From NCBI RefSeq assembly GCF_009914755.1, contig NC_060947.1: a stretch of 64,000 nt of DNA; one strand, given 5' to 3'. The notes under the pieces were generated by a model, which saw only the letters and a list, made by a program, of their open reading frames with translations, had not been told where the DNA came from and searched no databases. The stretch is from the human T2T-CHM13v2.0 reference genome, Homo sapiens. Both the position numbers and the translations under genes were made by a program. This document shows positions 1-14,379 of this stretch, in pieces (position 1 is the first letter of the stretch; each line of letters starts with the position of its first letter).

Positions 1-710
1 ACAAAAAAAAAAAAAAACAGAACAAAAAAAGCAGACTGTAATGAATTGGTGGCTTTATTTTTCTCCTTTCCAGCATAAACCAAATTAAGTTCACATTACA
101 TAATTAACTAGTAGCCTTTTGATTACTAATGTTATCGTGCATCCTAATCCCATACAGGAAAATAATTTAAGGATAGCACTAATGTGCAAGCTCCTTGAGG
201 AAAGGGACTATATGCTAGTTAGCATAGATCAATAGCATATATCAATGTGTCAGTGCTGGATGACCCCTTGCTTGGCAAAATTGCAAATTCACAAAATTGT
301 CAAAATCACAATTATTTTATACATACAAGCAAAGCAGAATTGGCTCATAATCTAACTCTTATACATCCCACCAGACTTTTAAATTTATCTACCTGTTGTA
401 TCCTTATTTTCAAACATAAAAGAAAACCAGTACATAATTATAGAAGAATCTACATAAAGCAATCTAATATATACCATAAGCCTACATTCTCAGTTCGACC
501 ACACGCATTTGATGTTAGAATGAAGTGGAAGGCTAGATGGTCAAGAGTTTATTTCAAATGGTAAATAAATCATATCTGGAATATTTTAATAATAAATATG
601 ATGAAAGAATGTAGACTATTTTTCAACTACACGTCAAAACTAGAGCACAAATGAATTTAGAGGGAAAATCCAATGAAAAGAATGAAATGAGGATATCTTG
701 ACAATTAAAA

Positions 711-1004
711 TTATTATTATTATTATTTTTTGAAACAAGATCTCATTTTGCCACCCAGGCTGGAGTGCAGTGCTGCAATCACGGCTCCCTGTAGCCTTGA
801 CCTTCTGAGCTCAAGCAATCCTCCCACCTCAGCCTCCTGAGTAGCTGGGACCACAGGCGCAGGCCCATGCTTTTTTTTTTTTCCATAGAGGCAGGGACTC
901 CCTCTGCTCCCCAGACTGGTCTTGAACTCCTGGACTCAAGCAATTTTCTCTGCTCAGCCTCCCAGCATGCTGGGATCATAGGCATGGGCCACTAGCACCC
1001 AGCC
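711..1004 (-). mobile_element. Alu, AluJ-like
   Basis: Reverse Alu dimer (ccaggctggagtgcagtg ... gctcaagcaatcctcccacctcagcc) with a (TTA)n-derived tail. TSD taaaattatt at 706-715 and 1005-1014. Confidence 0.93.
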
Positions 1005-1069
1005 TAAAATTATTTTGAAGTCTTTTTGTGGCCCAGATAGTTAGAAATACTTCTTGTTTGGCAAAATTT

Positions 1070-1530
1070 CAATCCATTTATACACTCGAGAACTATTTAT
1101 TAAACACCTACTCACTAGTAGGCATTGAGTGCACAGTGATGATCAAGACAGACACAGTCTCTGTCTTTGTGAAACCAGAGCCATTCTATCCATTAGGCAT
1201 GGGAGGCACAGTGCCTAGCACCCACTATACTTTACAGGAGCTCATGAAAATGCTTTAATTTCTTTTAAAATGAGAAGAAAAAAAATGAATATACTATCCA
1301 GGCTCGATTGCATTAGTCTTTAGACCAATGCAGTCATAAAGTAAAATTTTAATAGTTTTTATGGAGAAAGGGACCCATGAAGGCAAAAGTGGCTGGGGCT
1401 CAGGAAAGTCACAATGCAGGCCTGTATGGAATTTACATTCTATTAGAAAAGGCTGCCAAATAATTAAATAAAATAAAAGGCATTATACAAAGTGCTGAAA
1501 TAAGGTAAATGCAGGATGCTATGGGAATTC
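1070..1530 (-). mobile_element. L2 3'-end remnant interrupted by a hAT MITE
   Basis: tatttattaaacacctact ... aagacagacacagtctctgtc, resuming as tatggaatttacattcta after the insert. This matches the reverse L2 3' end. Confidence 0.6.
1176..1424. mobile_element. Non-autonomous hAT DNA transposon (Tip100-type MER, subfamily not assigned)
   Basis: Termini cagagcc ... ggcctg resemble CAGGGCC TIRs. Diverged 8-bp TSD tgtgaaac (1168-1175) / tatggaat (1425-1432). The element splits an L2. Confidence 0.65.
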
Positions 1531-1531
1531 A

Positions 1532-1841
<310 letters not shown>

Positions 1842-1980
1842 TTCTCAAAAGCCTCAGAGGACACATGAAGGATGATAAGTGTAGAAGAGGAAATGCGTTG
1901 GAGTAAGAACATGCACAGATTTGAAAGAAAGAGAGATCACGACAAGTGGGAGTAATGCAAGCCCTTCTGTAGGGTTAGAC

Positions 1981-2199
1981 CAGTGGTTCTCAATCCAGGG
2001 TGATTTTCCCTACCAGAGGACATTTAGCAGTGTCTGGAGGCATTTTTGGTTGTCACATCAGGAAAGGGATGCTGCTGGCATCTTTCTAGTGGCAAGAGGC
2101 CAGGGATGCTGCCAAACATCCTACAATGCACAGGACAGCTGCACACGACAAGGGACTATCCTAACCAAAATGTCAATAGTGCGAGGCTGAGAAACCCTG
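1981..2199. mobile_element. MER20 (hAT-Charlie MITE)
   Basis: cagtggttctcaa ... ttggttgtcac ... gaggccagggatgctgccaaacatcctacaatgcacagg ... tgagaaaccctg. Confidence 0.88.
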
Positions 2200-2224
2200 T
2201 ATGGGAGAATTAGAATTGGAGTTT

Positions 2225-2319
2225 TTTAATAATTAGTATTTGCCAGTCTGATAACCAGAGATGGTATCTTAGTGCTTAAATTTGCATTCCCTTGATTACT
2301 AGTGAGCTTGAACATTTAA

Positions 2320-2366
<47 letters not shown>

Positions 2367-2660
2367 AAATTTGCTATTGTTTTTCCTTTTTTGGAATATT
2401 TTCTGTTTGTGTCCTTTGAAGACATTTCAATTGGTTATTGATGTTTTGCTTAGTGTCCTGGAAGAACTCTTTATATATCACAGATAGAAAATGCATGTGT
2501 CATATATGTTATAAATATTTTCCCCACTTTATCATTTTCCTTGCTTTATTTTTTTCTGTGCGGTTTCTTTTACTGATTCAAATATGTTGTTCCCATCTTT
2601 CATATTTTCTACCTTTATATTATAAAAGCTATTTTGATCCCAATTGCATAAACTGGTTAT
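2225..2660 (-). mobile_element. Old L1M fragment
   Basis: ttgccagtctgata ... atggtatct ... tttgcattcccttgattactagtgag, typical of a reverse L1M ORF2 end. Confidence 0.6.
2322..2366. repeat. (CA)n(TA)n compound microsatellite
   Basis: Directly visible: about 17 CA units followed by a TA run. Confidence 0.95.
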
Positions 2661-3937
2661 TTTAATACAATTTGATAAAGTATAGCAGTAGAAGGATGTA
2701 CCAGACTATTGGTATGTCTGTCCCATACCAAGACAAAATGTGATATTTCTTGTACCCAAGCAAACCTGAGGAGCAAAAAAATGACAAGATTTATTTATTT
2801 TTATTGTCCTATGTAGGTTTAAGTGCCTAGGAAAGTGCCTACCACATTATAGGGTCCCAATAAATATCCATTAAGTGTTGAATGAACAAATAAGTGGTAT
2901 TTAATTATTGGCATATAATTACAGTTTATATAATAGTATAAAACATTTATACTGGCAAATATTCTTTATGGAATTGGATAATGAGTAGAAGAGATGATAC
3001 ACTTTACTCCTAGTAATACTCCTTCAAAACGATGTCTAAATCTAGAGCTTTCAGGTCTCAAAGTCGTCCTAGGAGTATACAGTACATAAGGATTAGGGCT
3101 GGTTCAGATGACCTTGAAGACATCTACACACCTGCAGATCCTGTTCTCAATCCAAACTGACTATCATTTTTGTTTTGAAAGAAAAGGATTGTTCCTTCCC
3201 CCAGCTACACACACACGCACACGTACATTTCAAGTAAAAAGTGAAAGTTCCTCTGGCTTTCATCCTACTTCCCAGAGGTTTGATGTATCTATTTTTTTTA
3301 GAAGTATTTCTTATAAGCATGAATTTGTTCCAGATTGCTCTGACGCAAAAAATAGCACATTTTGTTTCTTTTTGATTTTCAAATCATATCAGACTTCGTT
3401 CTGAACCCTCACATTCCTAGCTGATAGGGCATTCACTATCAGTCATTACTGCAGCTTCCTTCCTCATCAGATTCTATAGACTTCTCAGACTTAAGCCACA
3501 TTAAAATGAGGGACAAGGGGCTAATCCTTAATATCTGGCAGTCACCATCATTACTGGTGTTCCTGCTACTCAGTGATGCACTGAATTCTGGTTCTCTGTT
3601 ATTTGCAAGGCACTGTTGCTCAGCACTGCATATGGCAGGAAGCAGGATGGCAAACCATGCCTCCATTGACTCCTGCATTTACCCCAGGGGATACTCACTG
3701 CTCCCCTCAAGGCAAAGCCATGGATCTTTTCGATCAGTCTCCAGCATATACCCCCCCACTACAGTGGTACTGCTACCTCCCTAACCACAGTTTCAGCAAT
3801 AACCAGTTTGACAGCAAGTAAAAACCTCTACAGCAACTCCAGACTTTACCAACAAAGCCCTAGACAGGTGTTATTTTGTGTTCATTTTAGGAGTGGTTTT
3901 GGTTTGTGTGTTTTCCCTTTAGGGGGTCTTCCTGTTA

Positions 3938-4097
3938 AGGAATGAAAGAGAGAAACGAAGAAAGAAAAAGAGAGGAAGAGAAAGAGAGGAAGGGGGTAGA
4001 GAGGAAAGACAAGGGAGTGAAGGGGAGGGGAGGGGAGAGGAGGAGAGGAGAGGGGAAGAGAGAAGGTTGGAAGAAAGAATGAAAGAATGGAAGAAAG
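3938..4097. repeat. GA-rich polypurine low-complexity tract
   Basis: About 160 nt almost entirely A/G (gagga, gaaag and gggga units). Confidence 0.9.
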
Positions 4098-4802
4098 TAA
4101 CAGCTGTTAACTTTACTCACCTTTCCACCTTCCATCCCCACTAGAGAAATTGATTTCCAGAAGCGCAATGGCTTTGTGCCAAGCAAGATGAGTTTAGGAC
4201 TCCAGGAGTTGTATTCAATTTGAGGAAGATCTTTATAAAGCAGCAACTTAAGATTTGGTTAGAGTGGATTTCCACTTAAAATGACAACATCAAGACACTG
4301 TATTATTGGAAAACCATTGCAAGTGAGGATGAAGCAAAGCATGGACTACTTTAGGAAGAGTACACTTTAGAGTCCTTTAGCAATAAATGGGCAAGGTTAT
4401 TTTATGATATCTTTACAAAGCTTTGCTTTTCTGAAACTACTCAGAGTTCCAGCCAGTTTAAACGCGAACAAAAAATACCTTTCCGAGAGTGTTCTGACAC
4501 TAATTTTGCATCAAATTAATTGGCATAGTTTTTCAACCCCAGAGTATCAGTATTACAATCATGCTGCCATTTAGACTGCCTAGTGTTGATCCATTTCACT
4601 AAAAGTATGACTGGAAAAGTTGTGGGAACTTTTCTGCTTTTCTGCCACCTTAAAGGAGAAAAAGCCATGACTTCAGGGAGTGGATTCGATACATTGTTTA
4701 CATTAGTTGGCCCATTACAAAGATTGTGTAAAAGAAATTATTGAACACTAAATGATGTATAAATAATCAGTCCTCATGTCTTTGGAGGAAACAAAAGAAT
4801 AT

Positions 4803-4831
<29 letters not shown>
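4803..4831. repeat. (CA)14 microsatellite
   Basis: Directly visible. Confidence 0.95.
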
Positions 4832-4833
<2 letters not shown>

Positions 4834-4925
4834 AAATATCTCTGAGGAAAAAGTATTAATATTTGACAGCACCCACAGCAACGTTCTTTTCCCAATTTAG
4901 AAGTGGAAGCAGAAGTGAGGGATGA

Positions 4926-5283
<358 letters not shown>

Positions 5284-5354
5284 TAACTCATAGATGACCA
5301 ACCTTGCACGGTCTATCTCTAAATAGTTACAAGTTTTGTTAAGTAAAGTGAATT

Positions 5355-5485
5355 TTAGTAAGTTAATTCATCACTCTGGATTTTTGTCTCCTCATCTGTA
5401 AAATGGGATGATAATAAACTCCCCTATCTACTATTGCATGAAGCCATCTTATGGAAGGTTGAAATCAGGTGATGTCTGTAACATT
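5355..5485 (+). mobile_element. MIR fragment
   Basis: MIR core ctcctcatctgtaaaatgggatgataata. Confidence 0.7.
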
Positions 5486-8359
5486 TTTCCACAAAATACA
5501 AAGTTATAGTTTTTTCTATTCCACATTGTTTTAGCCAGGAAATATACTAGCTGTTCAAGATAGAAAACTGAATTCAATAGAGTCACTGTTCTCATGGGTC
5601 TTATAATACAATGTGTTCAGCAACCAACAGATCTTCTTTCACTACCAAATATTATGATCATCACTGTGCTAAGTGATGGGGTTATGAAGATGAAATACAG
5701 GGTCCTTAGCCTCAAGAAGCACACAGTCTGAGAAAGAGGCATTCCCATAAACTGACAACTACAAAACAGCACAGTAAATGCTGTGATCGAGAAGAGCACA
5801 AAAGAGGAATGGCTTAAATGCATTTCTGTTCACTTCTAATGTACTCTGTCTGCAACCAAGGGACACTGCCACCATGTCACCAGACTGACTTGGGTATGCT
5901 CTTTTGAGCAGTCACTTTCCTCATATGTCTGGTTAGCTGAGAAAGAAATTAGCACAACTTGTATTCAATTATCCATTTTATGATTAGAAAACAGAAATCT
6001 TTTTTAAAATAACATTAATGTGTGAAGCAGATAGTCATCAGAGGCAAGTTTTAAAAAGCACATTAACTCCTAAGTATAAATTGTTCTTTCACACTAATAG
6101 TTAACAAGCACTGTTTAGAGCAGGTCCATATATTTTACATTTTAGCCTTCAAGATCAAAATATCTGTTTATTGTTGGAGAAATATCTTAGAGCAGAATTG
6201 CTCTTATTAACAATATAACTTAATCTTACTTGAAATATTTCAGCAAAACAAATTAAAAATTCCTGCTAGAAACACATAAGAGTCACCTAAGGAAATTCCT
6301 GCTGTAAGCACTTAGCTGATGTGACATATTGTTGTGCAGGAGCTCTATTTTAAGAAAATAAAGTAGCAGGTTTTCCCAAGATAACATCCCATGGGGGCTG
6401 CAAAATTTATTTTTAAAAAGTATAATTTTTTTCTTTAATATGCTGCCATAATTCTAGGACAGCAGTCTCTCTCTGGGAAAAAAAAAAAAAAAAGGCATTC
6501 AAGTGGCTGCCATCTGTATAGCCCCATTCCAAATGATAGGAACAAGCTGGTTCAGAGGCTGAATGACAAATATTATGAATTTCAAACAAATCTAAGCCTG
6601 TCATTCTTTTCAGCTCTGATGCTCAAGAAATCATTTAAAACATTTGATAACCATGTCATTGCATACCTTGAGAGGTGGTTTGATTTCAGGGATTACAATT
6701 ACCTGAGAAACACAGAACCATTTGCCTTGCAGAAGCTATTTAGATTTGAAGACCTTTTCATCACAGCCCTGAAACTTCATCTTACATCATCTCCCGACAT
6801 GAGCTGACTGTATTATGCTTGAAACTGCACTAAAAGCTGCAGCACTCCCATCACTGCAGGCTTGTTTTACTGACAAGCCATGCAGATAGCATTAGTATGA
6901 TAGGCTGTGGCATATACGCGTACTTTTGAGAAGAGAGGTTAAATCCTAGAGGGAACAGTGTTTGGGGAGCAAATGATTTCGCAATAGGAAGGAATCAGTT
7001 AGCCCCACCAAAGCAGAAGGACTAAACGGGTATTTAGCTCTTTAGGGACACATCCAGCTTTGTATCAAGGTCAAGGAAAAGCATGAAATCAATTAGAGTA
7101 GATATTTACAGGCGCTTAGTATTTGATGATGCTGATATTTAAAGAGAAAGGACAAGGAATTCATCTTTTGTGTGTGCCATTAATTTATAAATATTCTACA
7201 TTTAAAAATAAAGTTTTTCACAGAAATGATGTCCTTTTATCATCTTTCTTTTCTGAAACATATTTCTTGTTTGATTTGTTTTCAATAATTGAACTATATT
7301 AAAGCACACCATTTAAAATGCCTCTTCATTTAACCTCAAAGTAATTAAATCAGCAATAGGCATGTATTATGAATAACTTTATCAATCAATGTCAGCATTT
7401 CAAATGTTTGAAACTGTGCAGTAATATCCAAGATAATGATCTCAGAAATACAGGGGAGGCATCGTGATTCTTAATGTGTATTATGACATTTATAAAATGT
7501 TAAGGAGAAAAAAATCAGAAAGAAAAAAAGAAAATGAGCTATTAAAGGCACGCATGTCAATTTCATGAAGTGGTTCAAAATTAGCATCTTATTCAGAATG
7601 AGTTAATTTTGTGATTATTTTATAATCCCCAGACCAATAAACCAGACTCCATTTCAGAGATGTTCAGGTAACATTTTTCTAGTTTAAGGTTTCTCTTTGC
7701 TTAAAGTTTGCCTATGTGGAAAATAATATTTGTAACAATTACAAGTTTCATCTATTTTTACCTCACTAAGTGATAATAGCCTCAGAAGAGTTCTTGCCTT
7801 CAATGGCTTGCTTGTTTCTTCAAGACTTTTGTTATCAAGGTTTTAAATTGTTCCCTGGGATATGTGGGAATAGTTATATCACTGACGTCAAAATCTGAAT
7901 TCAGTGGCAACAATTTTATTTCAAGTTTTGAAAGAAGCAAAACAGCAATTATGTTATTAAAAGCCCATTGGATATGATATGACTTTATTTTTTAAAATGA
8001 CTTGTTTCTGTGGTCATTTTCCTGTTTTCTAGAAGCTCAATAGATTCTTTCTAAAATCCAGTGTGCATAAATCCTCTTCAAATTTATCAAATATATTTGA
8101 AAGTAAAAAGGTTTTTTATGTTGAACTGTTTTCAACTTTAAATACTTGCTTTAGAATGCTGTCTACCCTGTTTATTATATACAGTTACATATTGCAACAA
8201 TGACATACAGTCATACATTGTGTTATTATTGTGAATTTGGAATGTCAAGGCCATTTTCAGTTTTTAAGGTGTTTTCTTGATCGCTTGCATAATAAAGTGA
8301 AACTTAGGTTTATATTGTTTCATCATCACCCTCTTTTCCTTCTATTTCTGTACTGAACA

Positions 8360-9030
8360 TAAATCATGCATTCAAAAACCATTTTTGTTAAGTATTGTGG
8401 GAGACACAAAAGAAGTATAAATGTATATAGTATTTTCCCTCAAAGACATGCCTTCTCTAGGAAGTGAAGACATGTATACCATTTAAGAGAAAAAAAAATG
8501 GTTAGGTACCAACATGTATGACACAGCAGGAGTTACAATAGAAATTCAAAAAAAGTGAGATTCACATTCACTGAAATGTACATAGAAGGTTTCCCAGAAG
8601 TGATAGGACTTAAACTGAGTCTTAAGGGATATTGGATTAAGATGACATGAGGGGCAAGGATATTCACAAGGAAGACAAAGAAACAAAAGATCAAGATATA
8701 ATGAATGGAGACTGGTTTAGATAAGTGGAAAGATTCTGATGGGCAGCAGGAAAAGATAAGGTTGGAAATAAATTGAGGTCTGATTTTGAAAGAACTCAAA
8801 TACTAAAGTGGGAAGTTTGGACTTGATATTTCTTTGTCTGGGCTAGGCTTACGGTGGTAATGCGGTAGAAAAGATGAGTATAAGAAGCCTAGGAGAGGAA
8901 GCAATTTAAAATGTCTCTTCATTTAACCCCAAAGTAATTAAATCCTAGTAAGTGTTTGTTGTGTACTGCTTAGTTGGTAGAATATAATAGGGAATGAAGA
9001 TTCTAAGATGCCTTCAAAGAATTGAGATTT
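8360..9030 (-). mobile_element. L2 remnant
   Basis: tcatgcattcaaaaaccattt ... ttaaactgagtcttaaggga ... aagtttggacttgat. Appears to continue at about 9410-9760. Confidence 0.55.
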
Positions 9031-9549
9031 CAAAACAGAAAGAAGTGTTTATATTAGAAATTTTACTATACCTTCTGGTTCCTTTAAAAGTAAGACTCTA
9101 GCCCCCAAACAGTGCTTAAGCCATGTAAGAGGAATGGTGAAACAAATGAACCCAATTTGTATAATTAGTTTCTGAACTGTCCTTCAATTCCACCGTGCTT
9201 TTTCTTGTCTTTGAATCATTCACTTTCTAAATCTCCTTTCTTTCTCCGGCTTCTTTTCTGCTCCACCGCTCCAATTTCTGAGACTCTAGTTAGCCACTTT
9301 TTTTCTAGATGTTGCTCCCTCTTTGACGTTCGACCTCCTTGGGCAAAGCCTAAGTCATCTTTCCTTTCTGGTTTGCACTGGGAAAAAACTGACTTAGAGA
9401 AAAATTAGGAAATTTGACAGGAAAAATAATTGGGATGGGGGGAAAGTGATCAATTTGAGTGTTATTTTATTGATTTCGTAATGATAGTGGGATTTACTAT
9501 CATATACATAATCCCTGATAGACAGTTGGAAATATCAAATTCAAAGTTA

Positions 9550-9702
<153 letters not shown>

Positions 9703-10466
9703 TTAAAATTGGAAGTTAAGGTTGAAATGTAGATTTGGGGGTCTTCACCAATAGTAATAGTGCCTCCCAGAGGCACCGAGGAGTGTTCCCATCTCTTTAC
9801 CCCACAATGGACATCAGAGGTAAGGAGAGATGTTTAAGATATACAGTAATATCTTTGTGTTAAATCTTATTAAATCCTTGCAACAACTTTATGAGAGTGA
9901 GATAGATTATGTTAATTTCTTGTCAGGTTTTTTTTTCTTATTTGATCAAGAACTTGATTTTTATAAAGATTTATTTACATACTTATCCAAGACTGATTTT
10001 TTCTAAGGTCCTACACACATAGACCAGTCCTTATTTTCATGACTGGTCTAATTATCCCTAAAATTGTCTGATTCTGCTGTCTTTTCTATCAGCATGCACA
10101 GTCTTGCTCTCCCAAAAAACTGTGATTAGAAAAATTGCATATGTCAAAAAGAAGGCCAGCTTGAAGAAATGTGGTCTATAACACACAGATCTTCTATTCA
10201 GCTAAAAATAAAGCAAATATGTTAGGGCAAGCATTAAAGAGAAAAAGACTCGTTATCCCTTGAGGGATATGTTTTCAAACCATTGGTTACTGTGCCTGGA
10301 AAAACAATAGACTCTGGAAAGAAATATGCCTTTTTATTCTTTATATACTAATTATCCACTAAATATACCGCACTGTATTAGAGTTCTATTTAAAAATCAT
10401 TTTGTTATATACCATCAAACAAAGCTGTAAATATAAAACCCCAGAGAATGGCAGAACGTTCAGTAA

Positions 10467-10816
<350 letters not shown>

Positions 10817-10849
10817 ATGGAAAACTCTTATTCACTCCTTTGGATCACT

Positions 10850-11020
10850 GAATCATAGAATTGAAAGGAATTTGGGGAAAAAAATGTAGTTTAGTCACTT
10901 TCATTTTAAAGAAGGAACAATTGCTCAGAGAGATTGTGAAAAGCTTAAAATGATATAGCTAGTAAATAGTAGAGCTCAACCTCGAATCAAGTTCTTCTGA
11001 CTTCCTATTCAGTGCTCCAC
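10850..11020 (-). mobile_element. MIR fragment
   Basis: cattttaaagaaggaacaattgctcagagag ... atagctagtaaatagtagagc ... ttctgact. Confidence 0.6.
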
Positions 11021-12959
11021 ATTGCTTGTACCAATCATTAGGTGTTGACTAAATGAATGAACCCAAAATGATTACTGAGTTCCTACTGTGTGCTTACCAA
11101 CATGGTATGTGTTGAAGAAGAAGCTAAAGGTTTTTTTTTTAAATAAGAAAAAGGATTTTTAAATTTTAAATCATTAAAATTTATGTAAAATTTAAAATTT
11201 ATATAAAGTTAGTGTACAGTAGTTAGAAGCAGTTAACAAGTAGTATCAGAATAATATATGAACAAGTATTCAATGGCCAAAGGGTGTTGACTAATGAAGA
11301 GAAAAAGGTAGGTCAGAAGAACTGGATAGAGCAGAAGTAGGGAAGAATCTACTATCTGCTCCAAAGCTACTAGACACAGTTCTAAGGAGCCATTCTTTGA
11401 CAAGGCCACGTGTTGCCAACAATATAACAGGAATAAAAAGATATTCTATATTCACCTTCCTCACAGGGTACATATAGAAAAGTTGATGAGAGATAAAATT
11501 TGCTAAGGAATTTTAAATTCCTTCCCCCTAAAAAAAATAGCTGTATTCACCCTTGATGTATAACTATTAAAATTCCTGCCAAAGCATTAAAAAGTAGGTT
11601 AACTCTAAGATTTTAGATTTTGCTAACATATGATAAATATTATAGTCTCTTTTTTTCTGGCGAATAGCACATAACTCCAGAAAAACAAAATAGAGAAGCT
11701 TTGAGCAGAAGTCTTCATCCAGGTGGAAGCATTTAGTACCACAAATTGCTTTAAATTAATAGTTGTTACAAAGAGACTAAGATGAAAATGTATATTTAGC
11801 AAATGATTTGAGGCAACCAAATGAGAAAAAAGGAAAAATGGGCAAGTAACATTACTGTTTGGTTTTACTCATTTAAAATAAAATGATTATACTACAGATG
11901 TTAAATCCGCAAAGGTATATAACCTGTTTCAAGAAGAAATTACATCATCTGTTGAGAAATTTTAAAATACATTTTTATTGCCATTAAATCAGTTTTTAGC
12001 ATAAATGCATCCTTTTTTGTCTTTACTTTTTTGATTAAAAATAAAACCACTGCTGTGTTCCCTTAGAGCCTAAAATTATGCTGACACATAGTAGGAACCT
12101 ATTAAATATTTGTTTAATTTTGCTATATCAGGCTCTTTTCTCCCTCTAAATGTATTAACATTTAATTTTGATTGTTGCTTAGGCCACAAGGGCTACACAA
12201 AGAGACTAACAGCAATTTGAAAACATACTTTCAAAGTCACTGCATAAACAATACTAAAATTAGATATAGTCTTGTGGAAAAAAGCCATTTCTCTTCTTCC
12301 TGTGGAAACATTAGGGATTAAAACTTACAAGACCTTCCAGAGCCTCAGTGTGGGTCAGAACAACCAAAAGAAAGAGAAAGAGAAAGAAAGGAAATAGGGG
12401 AAAAATAGCACGTTAGCATGACACAGAGTAAGAGGATCAAATATCACTCTATATCGCTAACCCTCAGAGTAAAGTGAATAAGCCAAGCAAAAAGATTATA
12501 AATACTGTTCCTTAAGAACAGAAAACTGAAATTGAGGCTACTGCCAACTTATATTCCTTACGCACTTGGCTTAAAACATATTAGAGGAGTTTGGAGTTGG
12601 GATCACTGGCTTTGAATTCAGGTAGTCGGTAGTATGCCTTCTGGTTCTGTACTTTACTAGATGTGAGACTTTAAGGTTATTTTGACATTGGAGACAGTAT
12701 CAGTAATAGCAGCTATTAATAAGCATAGCCTTTTTAGCTTCTTAAGTTACTATTAGTGTTTAGATTGTAAACATCCATGATGTTTAGTCCTAAAAGGCAA
12801 TTTATTTCTGCCTAAAACTAATACTCACACCATAGGTACTATTGGCCTACCAGTAAAACCTTGTTAGAATATTTTAAAGCAAAATTTGCATCACACTAAT
12901 AATATCTCCCAAGTCAGTGCAAACAAAAATCATTGCTCAAGTCTGATCAATTTCCAAAA

Positions 12960-13080
12960 AATAAACATAAATGAGTGCCTACTATGTGCCAAATGCTTTT
13001 CAAGGCACTGGGAATACAGCAAAAATAAGACTCCATACTTTCCCTTAAAGTAGCTAATAATTTGGTGGGAGAAAATCTGT
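12960..13080 (-). mobile_element. L2 3' end
   Basis: tgagtgcctactatgtgccaaatgc ... ggcactgggaatacagc. Confidence 0.7.
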
Positions 13081-13899
13081 ATAAACATTTATAAAGGGGT
13101 AGTGAGGAGGTCCATTATTTTAAATTCAACATGTCATTTGGCAGAATAAAACTTAGGATCAGAAATGGGTCTAAACATCCTTGGCCCCACTTCCCATAGT
13201 ACTGCTAACTACAATTGGAGATTGTAAGTAGGTTGTCATTAAAATGCAAGCCGTCTAAATTCACTAAAAACAATTACGTTTAGAAAATAGAAAAGAGTGA
13301 TATTCCATATCACAATAATGAAATCAACCACCCTTTAAATTCTAAAAGTAACAGCTAACATAAAATTAGCATTTCGTTTTTTTAGAGTATACAATTTACA
13401 AGGAACTGTACTTTATATAATCTCATTTGACCCCCATAAATCCACAATAAAGCAGCCATTCTTTTGCACATTTTCTAGGTAAGGAAATTGAAGTTTCAAA
13501 AGGTAAAATGAGGAGATTGAGTGGATATGGCACACTGAGAAACAGAAACTGGTGCCCTCGGGGATCAGAAAAAGTAAGAAATGCCCAAAAGATGAGATGA
13601 CAGAAAGAAGAAGGAAGGGAAGAAGGGAGGGGCAGCCCAAAGGTGCACAGGAAGGGCTCCTGAAGAGTGAGAAGAGCTTCAGGAGTGCTTCTAGTGCAGA
13701 CATGGCAGAAACTTAAATATAAACGGACCATAGGGCAACCAAATGATAACAGGCTTGAGTCCCACAAGAAGCAGCCAAAAAGTTTGACCCCATCCTATTA
13801 CCCCAATCATGGCTTTGGATCAGACAGCAAACAGCAGAGTTGCCTATGTTTCCTGTCTTCATTTGGTCTCCTCCACACTCTTAAGACCACCTAATCAGC

Positions 13900-14185
13900 T
13901 CCCAGCCCTCTCCTCAAGTCCACCAATACTGCTCTCATTAAGAGGACTATTGAACTCCAAATTGCTAAATCTATAATTAATTCTGTCTTCATCTTACCTA
14001 ACCTATTAGCAGGATTGAACATGATAGCTGACACCTCTTGTTGCATATCCAAGAGACAGTTCAAACTCAACATGTTCAAACCTGAACTCCTGATCTTCTC
14101 CCAAACCTACTCTACCTGCAGCCTTCTTCATCTCAGTGGATGGCAATTTCATCCTTCCAGTTGTTCAGGCCAAAAGCCTTGAAGT
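13900..14185 (+). mobile_element. L2 fragment
   Basis: caaactcaacatgttcaaacctgaactcctgatctt ... catctcagtggatggcaat ... ccagttgttcaggccaaaa. Confidence 0.75.
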
Positions 14186-14379
14186 TTTTTTAAAATTACT
14201 TATTAAAATAAGTATATATATCAAAAGTCTAATGTTTGAAGATTTCTTACAAATTGAACAAATCTGTGTAACCAGCCCAAGATCAAGAAAGAGAACTTTA
14301 CAAATACTCCCCAAATCTTCCTTAGACTGCCCTCTTCCAGTCACTAACTCCCCCTAAATAAAACGAATAATATCTCTCA

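Noticed and set aside
6300-6420. MEF2-like A/T boxes (ctattttaag, ttatttttaa) and an E-box-like motif
   Set aside because: Such motifs are too common in AT-rich DNA to call a muscle enhancer from sequence alone.
5736-6500. A16 run at about 6478-6493 with aggcattc also at about 5737, as a possible second retrocopy
   Set aside because: Only an 8-bp match, no endonuclease-type junction and no polyA signal at the right distance.
9060-9380. Exon-like - strand segment with CpGs (ttttttcccag acceptor, AAG|GTATAG donor)
   Set aside because: The 3' part resembles a decayed MLT1-type LTR end inserted in L2, and there is no convincing reading frame.
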